A stretch of DNA of 64,000 nucleotides from Actinomycetes bacterium (GTDB lineage: Bacteria > Actinomycetota > Actinomycetes > Propionibacteriales > Nocardioidaceae), in NCBI GenBank assembly GCA_023460975.1, contig JAEWOG010000090.1, positions 47,670-111,669 on the forward strand, written 5' to 3'. The stretch's first letter is position 1. Each line of letters begins with the position of its first letter. Shown here one piece after another: positions 56,901 to 64,000 of the stretch. Position numbers and translations under genes: made by a program. The notes under the pieces are model-generated. The model made no database searches, was not told where the DNA came from, and saw only the letters and a list, made by a program, of their open reading frames with translations.

Positions 56901-57255
56901 GGCGCTCGAAGATGCCCGGCTCGCGGGGTGGGTGGCGGGCCTGCCCGACGGGATTCACACCTTCGTCGGTGCGGGGCACCGCGCCGTGTCCGGCGGGGAG
57001 CGGGCCCGCATCGCCCTGGCCAGAGCGCTGCTGGCGGCCCCCGACGTCCTGGTCCTCGACGAGCCGACCGCCCACCTCGACACCGCGACCGCGACCGCGC
57101 TCACCGCTGACCTGCTCTCCGCGGCCGCCGCCCAGGGGCGCACGGTCGTGTGGATCACGCACACGAGCGTCGGGCTCGACCGGATGGACCGGGTGCTGAC
57201 GCTGCGAGCCCCGGGGCTCAGTGCTGAGCCGACTCCGAGCGCCGCGGGAGTCTGA
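53914..57255 (+). CDS. cydDC: Fused thiol-reductant ABC exporter CydD-CydC (two TMD-NBD halves in one 1113-aa polypeptide)
   Basis: GTG at 53914 overlaps the cydB stop (GTGA). The first half has Walker A GPSGCGKST, LSAGQRARV and ILDEPTAHLD. A Pro/Ala linker follows. The second half has GESGSGKST, VSGGERARI and VLDEPTAHLD. There is no in-frame stop between the halves. Confidence 0.85.
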   Translation: MRPLDGRVLGHLSPARGALVAVVASGITSGLLTIAQAFLLASLVVRLVADPTRTDWHPLALALVLVVTGRAGCSYISDTCAVRAAGQVSTRLRERLLSAAERLPEAERPATADLTVLATRGVAAVEPYVTRYLPALVPAVVLPVATIVAIWSQDWIAGLIVVATLPLVPLFAALIGMATQERAQKQWREMETLSGHFLDVVTGLPTLVSHRRARAQVDTIRAVTHRYRRATVDTLKIAFASSTVLELIATLSVALVAVAVGLRLASGSVEFQIALTVLLLAPEAYWPLRRVGAEFHAAAEGTAALAEADDLLDRAAGAQAPGTRVPDTVALALHDLEVGYAGSPSLISPLRVALPSTGLLALTGPSGCGKSTLLATLRGTLAPAGGHVSVGGVALGDVDPAWWRAQVAWAPQRPWLVAGSVADNVRLARPEADDAEVLDALGRVGLREFVLALPGGLNAPLGEDGAGLSAGQRARVGLARVVLAQRPVVILDEPTAHLDADTESVLLTTLRQLALDSLIITVAHRPALVEAADLVISLSPAPGDEPESAPERIVVPTTAPPTPLAAEASDASPGHRWGLGSATLLGALSVASGVALTATAGWLITRASEHPPVLHLMVAIVGVRMFGLARPALRHAERVISHDSVLRTLAERRAQVFAALVPLVPGRLGPRRGDLLTSVVDDVDALLDSQLRVRQPLVTGLIVGAGAAVFAAFLNPGAGMVVAGVALAGPAAFWLARTSTGRAETRLVTARAELSVGVEAYSDGLGELQQWDRTAHALREIDRAAEEATRSSARAVRGTAAGRALTQVAAGLGIAAMAAVAAGPVTSENLALLLLLPLALVDASSPMADAGALSVRTAAARARLEALEQLSPAVSDPADPQRLTADRTLTLDRVSAAWDERLALAPLDCEVRPGATLGVVGESGSGKSTLAAVLARHIDPRAGTYSIGAVQARDVPLDEVRTTVCLVDDDPHVFSSTLAQNVRLARPDADDAAVAAALEDARLAGWVAGLPDGIHTFVGAGHRAVSGGERARIALARALLAAPDVLVLDEPTAHLDTATATALTADLLSAAAAQGRTVVWITHTSVGLDRMDRVLTLRAPGLSAEPTPSAAGV

Positions 57256-58993
57256 AGGTGAAGGCGCTGCCGGCGCCCAGTTCGGAGTCGAGTTCGATGC
57301 GCCCGCCGTGGGCGGTCGCGATCCGCTGGGAGATCGCCAGCCCCAGCCCGGTGCCGGGGATCGACAGGGCGTCGGTGTTGGTCGAGCGGTGGAACGGCGA
57401 GAAGATGTGCGCCCGGTCGAACTCCGAGATGCCAATCCCCGTGTCGAGCACAGCCACCCACACGCTCTCGGCGTCCTGGCCCACGCTGAGCGCGACCTTC
57501 CCGCCGCTGGGTGTGTACTTCACGGCGTTGTCGACGAGATTGTCGACCACGGTCCCGAGCTCCTCCGGGTCGCCGAACACGTACACGGGACCACCTGGGT
57601 CGGCGAACTCCAGCGAGACCCCCGCCAGTTCGGCCCGCACCTCCAGCAGGCTGAGGCTGGTCTCCGCGAGCTCGACCAGGTCCACGCTGTGCCGTACGGC
57701 GTCGCGCTTGGAGTGGACGCGCGAGTAGTTGAGCAGGTTGCCCACCAACTGGTCGAGGCGGCGGGTGTTGCGCATGATCGCGCCGACCGAGGAGGCGTCC
57801 GGGTACTTGTCCTGGAGCATCTCTGCGTGCCCCATGATCGCCGTCAACGGCGTCTTCAACTCATGGCTGATCGTGGCCATCATCTCGCTGCGGTAGCGCG
57901 CGAGCTCACGCATCTCGGTGACCAGGCGCTGCTCGGCCTCCAGCATCCGCGCCCGGTGGACCACGTTGCCCACCTCGCGCGTCACCTCACGCAGCACGAA
58001 CTGCTCGACGCCGCTCAGCGGGCCGCGGCTGTGACTGAACGCGATCGCGAGATAGCCGATCAGCCTCCCGCCGGCATTCACTCGCGCCACCAGCATCCGC
58101 TCGCCGCGCACCGTGCGCAGCACGCTCTGGAGCGCCTCCCAACTCTCCGGGAGAGTCTCGGAGGAGGTGTCGTGGACGGTCACCTCGCTGGGCCGCTGCG
58201 GGGCATCGGGGCGGCTCAAGTCCGTGCGCAGATCGAGGATGTCGTCCTCGGGCGACAGCGGCCTCGGGAAGCCGGCCACGTGCTCGGGGCCGGACACGCT
58301 GTCGCCGAACAGGCGGATCCACACCTGCCGCGCGCGCAGACCCTGCACGATCGCCTCCACCGCGACCGCGAGGATCTGATCGATCGCGCCGGCGCTGCCC
58401 GCCCGAGCGATCTGGCTCATCATGTCGCCCAGTCGCAGCCGTACGGTCAACTGCTCGCGCTGCTGCGCGTTCGACAGGGCCAGACCGGCCTGCACGACGA
58501 ACATCTCCAGCAGTTCGCGGTCCGCCTTCCCCGGGATCCGACCGCCCGCGGGCAGGTCGACCGCCATGTTCCCCAGCAGTTCGCCCGTGGCGGCATACAG
58601 CGGCGCGTACAACGCGTCCTCGGGGTGCCACGCCTGGTCGTCGTCGATCTCGGGGATGTCGGGGATCCATGCCGCGCGGCGGCGCGCGTCCGACATGCGC
58701 CCGTGCGGCACGAAGCGCAGGATCCCCCACTTGTCGGCCTGACGGAACTCATCGAGGATCTGGTCCGCCGGCGTCCTGCGTCCCAGGATCTGGGTGCGCA
58801 CCTCCTGGGGTCCGGCGACGTTCGACATCACCAGGGTGGAGCCCTCGAGTCGGGCAATCGCCGCCACCCCGTAGCCGAGCACGTCGACGACGCCGTTGAC
58901 GATCTCCTCCAGGACGTCTGCGGTGTCCGTCGAGGAGTTCACCCGGCGCATCAGCTCCGAAAGGTGGCGTACTGCCCGTGCGCTGTCCGGCAT
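57218..58993 (-). CDS. Cytoplasmic GAF-GAF sensor histidine kinase (no adjacent response regulator)
   Basis: ATG at 58993 (MPDSARAV...). Two GAF-like regions, HisKA H-box ISHELKTPLTAI, and HATPase N/G boxes (DNAVKYTP, DTGIGI, GTGLGLAI). Its 3' end overlaps the convergent cydDC by 38 nt. Confidence 0.8.
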   Translation of the reverse strand: MPDSARAVRHLSELMRRVNSSTDTADVLEEIVNGVVDVLGYGVAAIARLEGSTLVMSNVAGPQEVRTQILGRRTPADQILDEFRQADKWGILRFVPHGRMSDARRRAAWIPDIPEIDDDQAWHPEDALYAPLYAATGELLGNMAVDLPAGGRIPGKADRELLEMFVVQAGLALSNAQQREQLTVRLRLGDMMSQIARAGSAGAIDQILAVAVEAIVQGLRARQVWIRLFGDSVSGPEHVAGFPRPLSPEDDILDLRTDLSRPDAPQRPSEVTVHDTSSETLPESWEALQSVLRTVRGERMLVARVNAGGRLIGYLAIAFSHSRGPLSGVEQFVLREVTREVGNVVHRARMLEAEQRLVTEMRELARYRSEMMATISHELKTPLTAIMGHAEMLQDKYPDASSVGAIMRNTRRLDQLVGNLLNYSRVHSKRDAVRHSVDLVELAETSLSLLEVRAELAGVSLEFADPGGPVYVFGDPEELGTVVDNLVDNAVKYTPSGGKVALSVGQDAESVWVAVLDTGIGISEFDRAHIFSPFHRSTNTDALSIPGTGLGLAISQRIATAHGGRIELDSELGAGSAFTFRLPRRSESAQH

Positions 58994-59032
58994 GTGCTCC
59001 CCCGTACGTCGTCCACGGCACGCGACCGCTCC

Positions 59033-59057
59033 CGTGGGGAGTCTAGGACTCCCCACG
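59033..59057 (-). terminator. Stem-loop downstream of rnj
   Basis: cgtggggagtc-tag-gactccccacg (11-bp perfect arms), 41 nt after the rnj stop. No U-tract. Confidence 0.4.
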
Positions 59058-59097
59058 TCCTCGCGTCGCGCACGACGGCGAAGCGTACGGGTCGAGC

Positions 59098-60783
59098 TCA
59101 GGCCTCGATGACCACCGGGATGATCATCGGGCGGCGGCGGTGGGCGCGGTTGACCCAGCGCCCCACGACGCGTCGCACGGTCTGCTGGAGCTGGTAGGCG
59201 TCGTCGACGCCCTCGGAGACCGCGGCGTTGAGGGCATCCACGATGGGCTGACGGATCTCGTCGAAGGTCGCCTCGTCCTCCGCAAAGCCGCGGGCCTGGA
59301 TCTCCGGGCCGCTGACAACCTTGCCCGTGTTGGAGTCGACGACCACGATGACGGAGATGAAGCCCTCCTCGCCCAGGATGCGGCGATCCTTCAGCGATGC
59401 CTCGGTGATGTCGCCGATCGTCGTGCCGTCCACGAACACGTAACCGCACTCGACCTTGCCGACGATGCGCGCGACCCCGTCGATCAGGTCCACCACGACG
59501 CCGTCCTCGGCAATGACGACGTTGTCCACGCCCGTACGGCGCGCCAGCTCGCCGTTGGCGAGCATGTGGCGGATCTCGCCGTGCACCGGCAGCACGTTGC
59601 GCGGCTTGACGATGTTGTAGCAGTAGAGCAGCTCACCGGCGCTCGCGTGACCGCTGACGTGCACCAGGGCGTTGCCCTTGTGGACCACCTTCGCGCCCCA
59701 ACGGGACAGGCCGTTGATCACGCGGTAGACGGCGTTCTCGTTGCCGGGGATCAGCGAGCTGGCGAGGACGACGGTGTCGCCCTCCTCGATGTGCACGAAG
59801 TTGTGGTTGCGCTGCGCAATGCGGCTCAGCGCCGACAACGGCTCGCCCTGGGAGCCCGTCGAGATCAGGACCTGACGCTCGGGGGCGAGGGTGGCCAACT
59901 CCTTGGCGTCGACGATGAGGCCACCGGGCACGTTGAGGTAACCCAGATCGCGCGCGATCGCCATGTTGCGCACCATCGAACGCCCGACATAGGCGACCTT
60001 GCGGCCGTGCTCCTCGGCGGCGTCCAGGATCTGCTGGACCCGGTGCACGTGCGAGGCGAAGCACGCCACGATGAGACGGCCCTCTGACTTCGCGAACACC
60101 CGGTCGATGACGGGGGTGATGTCGGCCTCGGGCGTGGTGAACCCGGGGACCTCCGCGTTGGTGGAGTCGGTGAGGAACAGGTCCACCCCCTCCTCGCCCA
60201 GCCGGGCGAACGCGCGAAGGTCGGTGATGCGGCCGTCCAGGGGCAGCTGGTCCATCTTGAAGTCGCCGGTGTGCAGGACCATGCCGGCGCCCGTACGGAT
60301 CGCCACGGCCAACGCGTCCGGGATGGAGTGGTTGACCGCCACGAACTCCAGCTCGAAGGGGCCAAAGGACATCACGTCGCCCTCGCGCACGACGTGGTGC
60401 ACGGTCTCGCGCAGGCGGTGCTCGCGCAGCTTGGCGCCGAGCAGGGCCAGCGTCAGCTCCGAGCCCACCAGAGGGATGTCCTCGCGCTCGCGCAGGAGGT
60501 ACGGAGTCGCGCCGATGTGGTCCTCGTGACCGTGCGTCAGCACGAGGGCCTCGACCTGGTCGAGCCGGTCCCGGATCGCCTCGAAGTCGGGCAGGATCAG
60601 GTCCACGCCAGGGTGGTGGTCCTCGGGGAACAGGACGCCGCAGTCGACGATGAGCAGACGGTCGTCGTACTCGAAGACCGTCATGTTGCGGCCCACCTCG
60701 CCGAGGCCGCCGAGCGGAATGACGCGAAGGCCTCCCTCGGGCAGGGGACCGGGTGCGCTCAACTCGGGGTGAGGATGGCTCAA
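59098..60783 (-). CDS. rnj: Ribonuclease J
   Basis: Metallo-beta-lactamase/beta-CASP. LRVIPLGGLGEVGRNM, LTHGHEDHIG, and a C-terminal domain. Confidence 0.95.
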   Translation of the reverse strand: MSHPHPELSAPGPLPEGGLRVIPLGGLGEVGRNMTVFEYDDRLLIVDCGVLFPEDHHPGVDLILPDFEAIRDRLDQVEALVLTHGHEDHIGATPYLLREREDIPLVGSELTLALLGAKLREHRLRETVHHVVREGDVMSFGPFELEFVAVNHSIPDALAVAIRTGAGMVLHTGDFKMDQLPLDGRITDLRAFARLGEEGVDLFLTDSTNAEVPGFTTPEADITPVIDRVFAKSEGRLIVACFASHVHRVQQILDAAEEHGRKVAYVGRSMVRNMAIARDLGYLNVPGGLIVDAKELATLAPERQVLISTGSQGEPLSALSRIAQRNHNFVHIEEGDTVVLASSLIPGNENAVYRVINGLSRWGAKVVHKGNALVHVSGHASAGELLYCYNIVKPRNVLPVHGEIRHMLANGELARRTGVDNVVIAEDGVVVDLIDGVARIVGKVECGYVFVDGTTIGDITEASLKDRRILGEEGFISVIVVVDSNTGKVVSGPEIQARGFAEDEATFDEIRQPIVDALNAAVSEGVDDAYQLQQTVRRVVGRWVNRAHRRRPMIIPVVIEA

Positions 60784-60814
60784 GGGAGGTTCTCGCCTTT
60801 CGACGCGGAGGTGG

Positions 60815-61735
60815 TCAGAGCAGGCCGGCGGCGACCAGCCCGGAACGCAGGGCGGCGACCTCGTCGTCGTCCAGGCTCACGAGCGGACCGCGCACGGTGC
60901 GGTTGTCGAGCACGCCCAGCATCTGCAGGGCGGCCTTGGCAGTGGTGGCGCCGTAGTTGGGCACGCCCATCATGGCGTCGATGGCGGGCACGAGCGACAG
61001 GTGGATGCGCAGCGCCTCCTCGCGATCGCCCGTCAGGTAGGCGTCGATCATCGCGGCCAACTGGCGCGAGGCGACGTGGGCGACGACCGACACGAGACCC
61101 ACCCCGCCGTAGGCCAGGTAGCCCAGGGTTGCCTCGTCGTCGCCGCTGTAGACGGCGTAGCCCATCTGGCTCAGGCGTGCGCTGCGATCGATCTGGCCCG
61201 TGGCGTCCTTGATCGCGACGACGTGGTCGTAGGCGCGCATGGCGGCGTACGTCTCAAGCTCGATGATGGTGGCGGTCCGGCCGGGGACGTCGTACAGCAT
61301 CACCGGAAGGTCGGTGGCCTCGGCGACCTGACGGAAGTGATGCAGCGCGCCGGCCTGGCCGGGCTTGTTGTAGTACGGCGTCACCAGCAGCGCGCCGTGC
61401 ACGCCGATCTTGGCGGCCTGCTCGGCGAGCTCGACCGAGTGCGACGTCGAGTTGGTGCCGACACCTGCGATGACGGTGGCGCGATCACCCACGGCGTCCA
61501 TGACCGCGCGCAGGATGTCGCCGTCCTCGGGGACCGTCGTCGTCGGGGACTCCCCTGTCGTCCCGCTCACCACGACTCCGTCGCACCCGTTGTCGACGAG
61601 GTGCGAGGCGATCGCAGCGGTGCCGTCGAGGTCGACGGAACCGTCAGCGTGGAAGGCCGTCGCCATCGCCGTCAGCAGGCGACCAAAAGGAGCAGGAGAA
61701 CTCATGGGGGCAAGCCTAACGCCGTGGCCGCTCAC
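60815..61735 (-). CDS. dapA: 4-hydroxy-tetrahydrodipicolinate synthase
   Basis: FGRLLTAMATAF...GVVVSGTTGESPT, YYNKP, and the catalytic Lys region VVAIKDATG. The start is GTG 61735 (overlapping the upstream stop) or ATG 61705. Confidence 0.9.
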   Translation of the reverse strand: MSGHGVRLAPMSSPAPFGRLLTAMATAFHADGSVDLDGTAAIASHLVDNGCDGVVVSGTTGESPTTTVPEDGDILRAVMDAVGDRATVIAGVGTNSTSHSVELAEQAAKIGVHGALLVTPYYNKPGQAGALHHFRQVAEATDLPVMLYDVPGRTATIIELETYAAMRAYDHVVAIKDATGQIDRSARLSQMGYAVYSGDDEATLGYLAYGGVGLVSVVAHVASRQLAAMIDAYLTGDREEALRIHLSLVPAIDAMMGVPNYGATTAKAALQMLGVLDNRTVRGPLVSLDDDEVAALRSGLVAAGLL

Positions 61736-62655
61736 ACCTGAGGGGTGACTCGCTGCGCGATCAGCTCGAGGTGGTCGAGGTCGCTCAGGTCGAGCACCTG
61801 GAGGTAGATCCGCTCGGCTCCTGCGGCTGCGTACGCGCGGATCTTGTCGGCCACCTCGTCGGGCGTTCCGGCAAGCCCGTTGAGGCGCAACTCGTCCTTG
61901 TCGCGCCCGATCGCGGCGGCCCTGCGCTCGATCTGGGCCTCATCCTCACCACAGCACACGACCAGGGCGTTGGACCACGTCATGGAGGCGGGGTCCCGGT
62001 CGATCGCCTCGCAGGCGGCGCTGACGCGCGCGAACTGGGCCGTGGTGGTCCCCAGGTCGACGAACGGCAGGTTGAACTCGTCGGCGTGCTGCGCGGCCAG
62101 CGCGGGCGTACGGCGCTTGCCGAGGCCGCCGATCAGCACCGGCGGCTTGGCCTGCGTCGGCTTGGGAAGCGCCGGGCTGTCGCTGAGCTGGTAGTGCTCG
62201 CCGGCGAAGTCGTACGTCTGCCCCTCGGGGGTGGCCCACAGGCCGGTGACGATCTCGAGCTGCTCGGCATAGCGGTCGAACCGCCCAGCCGTGTCGGGGA
62301 AGGGGATCCCGTACGCGGTGTGCTCCTGGGTGAACCAGCCCGCACCAAGGCCGAGTTCGACGCGCCCGCCGCTCATCTGGTCTACCTGCGCGACCTGGAT
62401 GGCGAGCACGCCCGGGTGGCGGAAGGTCGCCGAGGTCATGAGCGTGCCGAGACGGATGGTGGAGGTGTCGCGCGCCAGGCCCGCCAGCGTGGTCCACGCG
62501 TCGGTGGGGCCGGGCAAGCCGTCGCCGCCCATGGTGAGGTAGTGGTCGGAGCGGAAGAAGGCCCCGAAGCCGAGTTCCTCGGCCTTGCGCGCCACCGCGA
62601 GGAGGTCGTCGTAGGTGGCGCCCTGCTGGGGCTCGGTGAAGATGCGCAACTCCAT
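61732..62655 (-). CDS. LLM-class (luciferase-like) F420-dependent oxidoreductase
   Basis: ATG at 62655 (MELRIFTEPQQGATYDDLL...). FRSDHY, LGTLMTSATFRHPG and VELGLGAGW are typical of the TIGR03560-like LLM subgroup. Confidence 0.8.
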   Translation of the reverse strand: MELRIFTEPQQGATYDDLLAVARKAEELGFGAFFRSDHYLTMGGDGLPGPTDAWTTLAGLARDTSTIRLGTLMTSATFRHPGVLAIQVAQVDQMSGGRVELGLGAGWFTQEHTAYGIPFPDTAGRFDRYAEQLEIVTGLWATPEGQTYDFAGEHYQLSDSPALPKPTQAKPPVLIGGLGKRRTPALAAQHADEFNLPFVDLGTTTAQFARVSAACEAIDRDPASMTWSNALVVCCGEDEAQIERRAAAIGRDKDELRLNGLAGTPDEVADKIRAYAAAGAERIYLQVLDLSDLDHLELIAQRVTPQV

Positions 62656-62737
62656 GGCTCCACCTTGACACGCACGGGTGCGGGCACAACGTCCGGGGAC
62701 GTCGGGACGAGTTCGCCGTGCGCCTAGGCTGGATGGC

Positions 62738-64000
62738 GTGGAGATCTCCCTGACGCACGACTTCGCCGACTCGCTTCCCGAGCTCGCGCTCCCGGCCACT
62801 GCGGCGCCGGCACGGGAGCCACGCCTTGTCGTCCTCAACACCGACCTGGCCACCTCGCTCGGCTTCGACGTCGACTTCCTGCGCACCGACGCCGGGGTCC
62901 GGTTCCTGCTGGGCCATGCGCTCGGCGAGGAGGCACGGCCCGTGGCGCAGGTCTACGCCGGACACCAGTTCGGGGGGTTCGTTCCGCGCCTGGGCGACGG
63001 ACGCGCCCTGCTGCTCGGCGAGGTCGAGGGCCCGGACGGACTGCGCGACCTGCACCTCAAGGGGTCGGGGCCGACGCCGCTGTCGCGCGGCGGGGACGGA
63101 CTCGCGGCCCTGGGCCCGATGCTGCGGGAGTTCCTCATCAGCGAGGCCATGCATGCGCTCTCCATCCCCACCACGCGCTCGCTCGCGGTGATCGCGACCG
63201 GCGAGGAGGTCTACCGCGAGGACGGCGTCCTCCCGGGCGCCGTGCTCGTACGGGTGGCCGACTCCCACCTGCGCGTCGGGTCGTTCCAGTACGCCCGCGC
63301 GGCCGACGACCTGGCCCTGCTGAGCAAGGTGACGGCCTACGCGATCGCCCGGCACGACCCCGACCTGCTCACGGCGCCGAACCCGGCGCTCGACTTCTAC
63401 TCCCGCGTCGTCGCGCGCCAGGCGAGCCTGGTGGCCAAGTGGCTCTCCGTGGGTTTCGTGCACGGCGTGATGAACACCGACAACATGACGATCTCCGGGG
63501 AGACGATCGACTACGGCCCATGTGCCTTCCTCGACGCCTACTCCCCCGCCGCCGTTTTCAGCTCGATCGACACCGGCGGCCGCTACGCCTTCGGTCAGCA
63601 GCCGGTGATGGCGCAGTGGAACCTGGCCCGCCTCGCCGAGTCCCTGCTGCCGCTGTTCGCCGAGGACGAGGAGCAGGCCGTCACGCTGGGTTCGGCCGCG
63701 CTGGAGGGATACGTGGGCGTCTTCAACGGTGCGTGGCTGCGCGAGATGGCGGCCAAGCTCGGCGTCGACGCTGCGGCCGAAGGGCTCCAGCAGCTGGTCA
63801 TCGACCTGCACGGGCTGCTCGAAGCCAGCGGAGTGGACCACACGCAGTTCTACCGGGCGCTGGCCCGAGTCGCGCGCGGCGAGGCGGACTCCCCCTTCGA
63901 ACTGGTCGCCCCCACCGACGCCGCTGACGCTGATGCCGTGCGGGGCTGGCTGACGCGCTGGAAGGGTCTGTCGCCCGACGCCGCGGCCATGGACGAGGTC
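62738..64000 (+). CDS. selO: Protein adenylyltransferase SelO (YdiU/UPF0061), 3' end outside the window
   Basis: This ORF is absent from the supplied track because it runs off the window. GTG at 62738; the frame is open for 421 codons to base 64000. AQVYAGHQFGGFVPRLGDGRALLLGE, LKGSGPTPLSRGGDG, REFLISEAMHALSIPTTRSL and HGVMNTDNMTISGETIDYGPCAF are SelO pseudokinase signatures. Confidence 0.85.
   Translation, partial: MEISLTHDFADSLPELALPATAAPAREPRLVVLNTDLATSLGFDVDFLRTDAGVRFLLGHALGEEARPVAQVYAGHQFGGFVPRLGDGRALLLGEVEGPDGLRDLHLKGSGPTPLSRGGDGLAALGPMLREFLISEAMHALSIPTTRSLAVIATGEEVYREDGVLPGAVLVRVADSHLRVGSFQYARAADDLALLSKVTAYAIARHDPDLLTAPNPALDFYSRVVARQASLVAKWLSVGFVHGVMNTDNMTISGETIDYGPCAFLDAYSPAAVFSSIDTGGRYAFGQQPVMAQWNLARLAESLLPLFAEDEEQAVTLGSAALEGYVGVFNGAWLREMAAKLGVDAAAEGLQQLVIDLHGLLEASGVDHTQFYRALARVARGEADSPFELVAPTDAADADAVRGWLTRWKGLSPDAAAMDEV

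Overview
This window is a high-GC chromosomal segment that looks actinobacterial. All calls come from reading the supplied ORF translations and the DNA by eye. No database search was run, so family names are motif-based recollections. The backbone is a conserved housekeeping neighbourhood. Reading from the right-hand end: selO, an LLM oxidoreductase, dapA, rnj, then ftsK, a RodZ-like gene, rimO and pgsA, then cinA, clgR and lhr, then a DUF3046 gene, recA and recX. Further left come a sirA / small ORF / cysH / sirB sulfur-assimilation operon, glyA, pgm and a tRNA-Gly. Several accessory modules are interleaved with this backbone:

1. A nitrate/nitrite module: tandem narK genes, a hemerythrin-DUF2249 protein, a Cys-bearing wHTH regulator, a polytopic membrane protein, and an unusual membrane-domain + cupredoxin + NirK fusion.
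2. A 1362-aa patatin/DUF3376-type membrane protein beside the tRNA.
3. A non-coding array of 69-bp and 29-bp repeats.
4. A translationally coupled PPK2 / HipA-like kinase / DUF3037 trio directly downstream of recA-recX-GNAT.
5. A translationally coupled cassette of a WxG helical protein, an EspG-like protein and a lipase-type hydrolase.
6. Two secreted enzymes (a 5'-nucleotidase and an M4 protease) that share a basic Ig-like C-terminal tail.
7. cydAB plus a fused cydDC and an orphan GAF histidine kinase.

A LexA box and a RecA-NDp (PafBC-type) promoter motif lie upstream of recA. A second RecA-NDp-like motif sits where it would give a leaderless lhr mRNA. No CRISPR array, transposase, integrase or rRNA was seen. 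The best candidates for an undescribed system are the WxG / EspG-like / lipase cassette (29947-32704) and the PPK2 / HipA-like / DUF3037 trio (23131-25114). Both are inferences that need HMM or structure searches.
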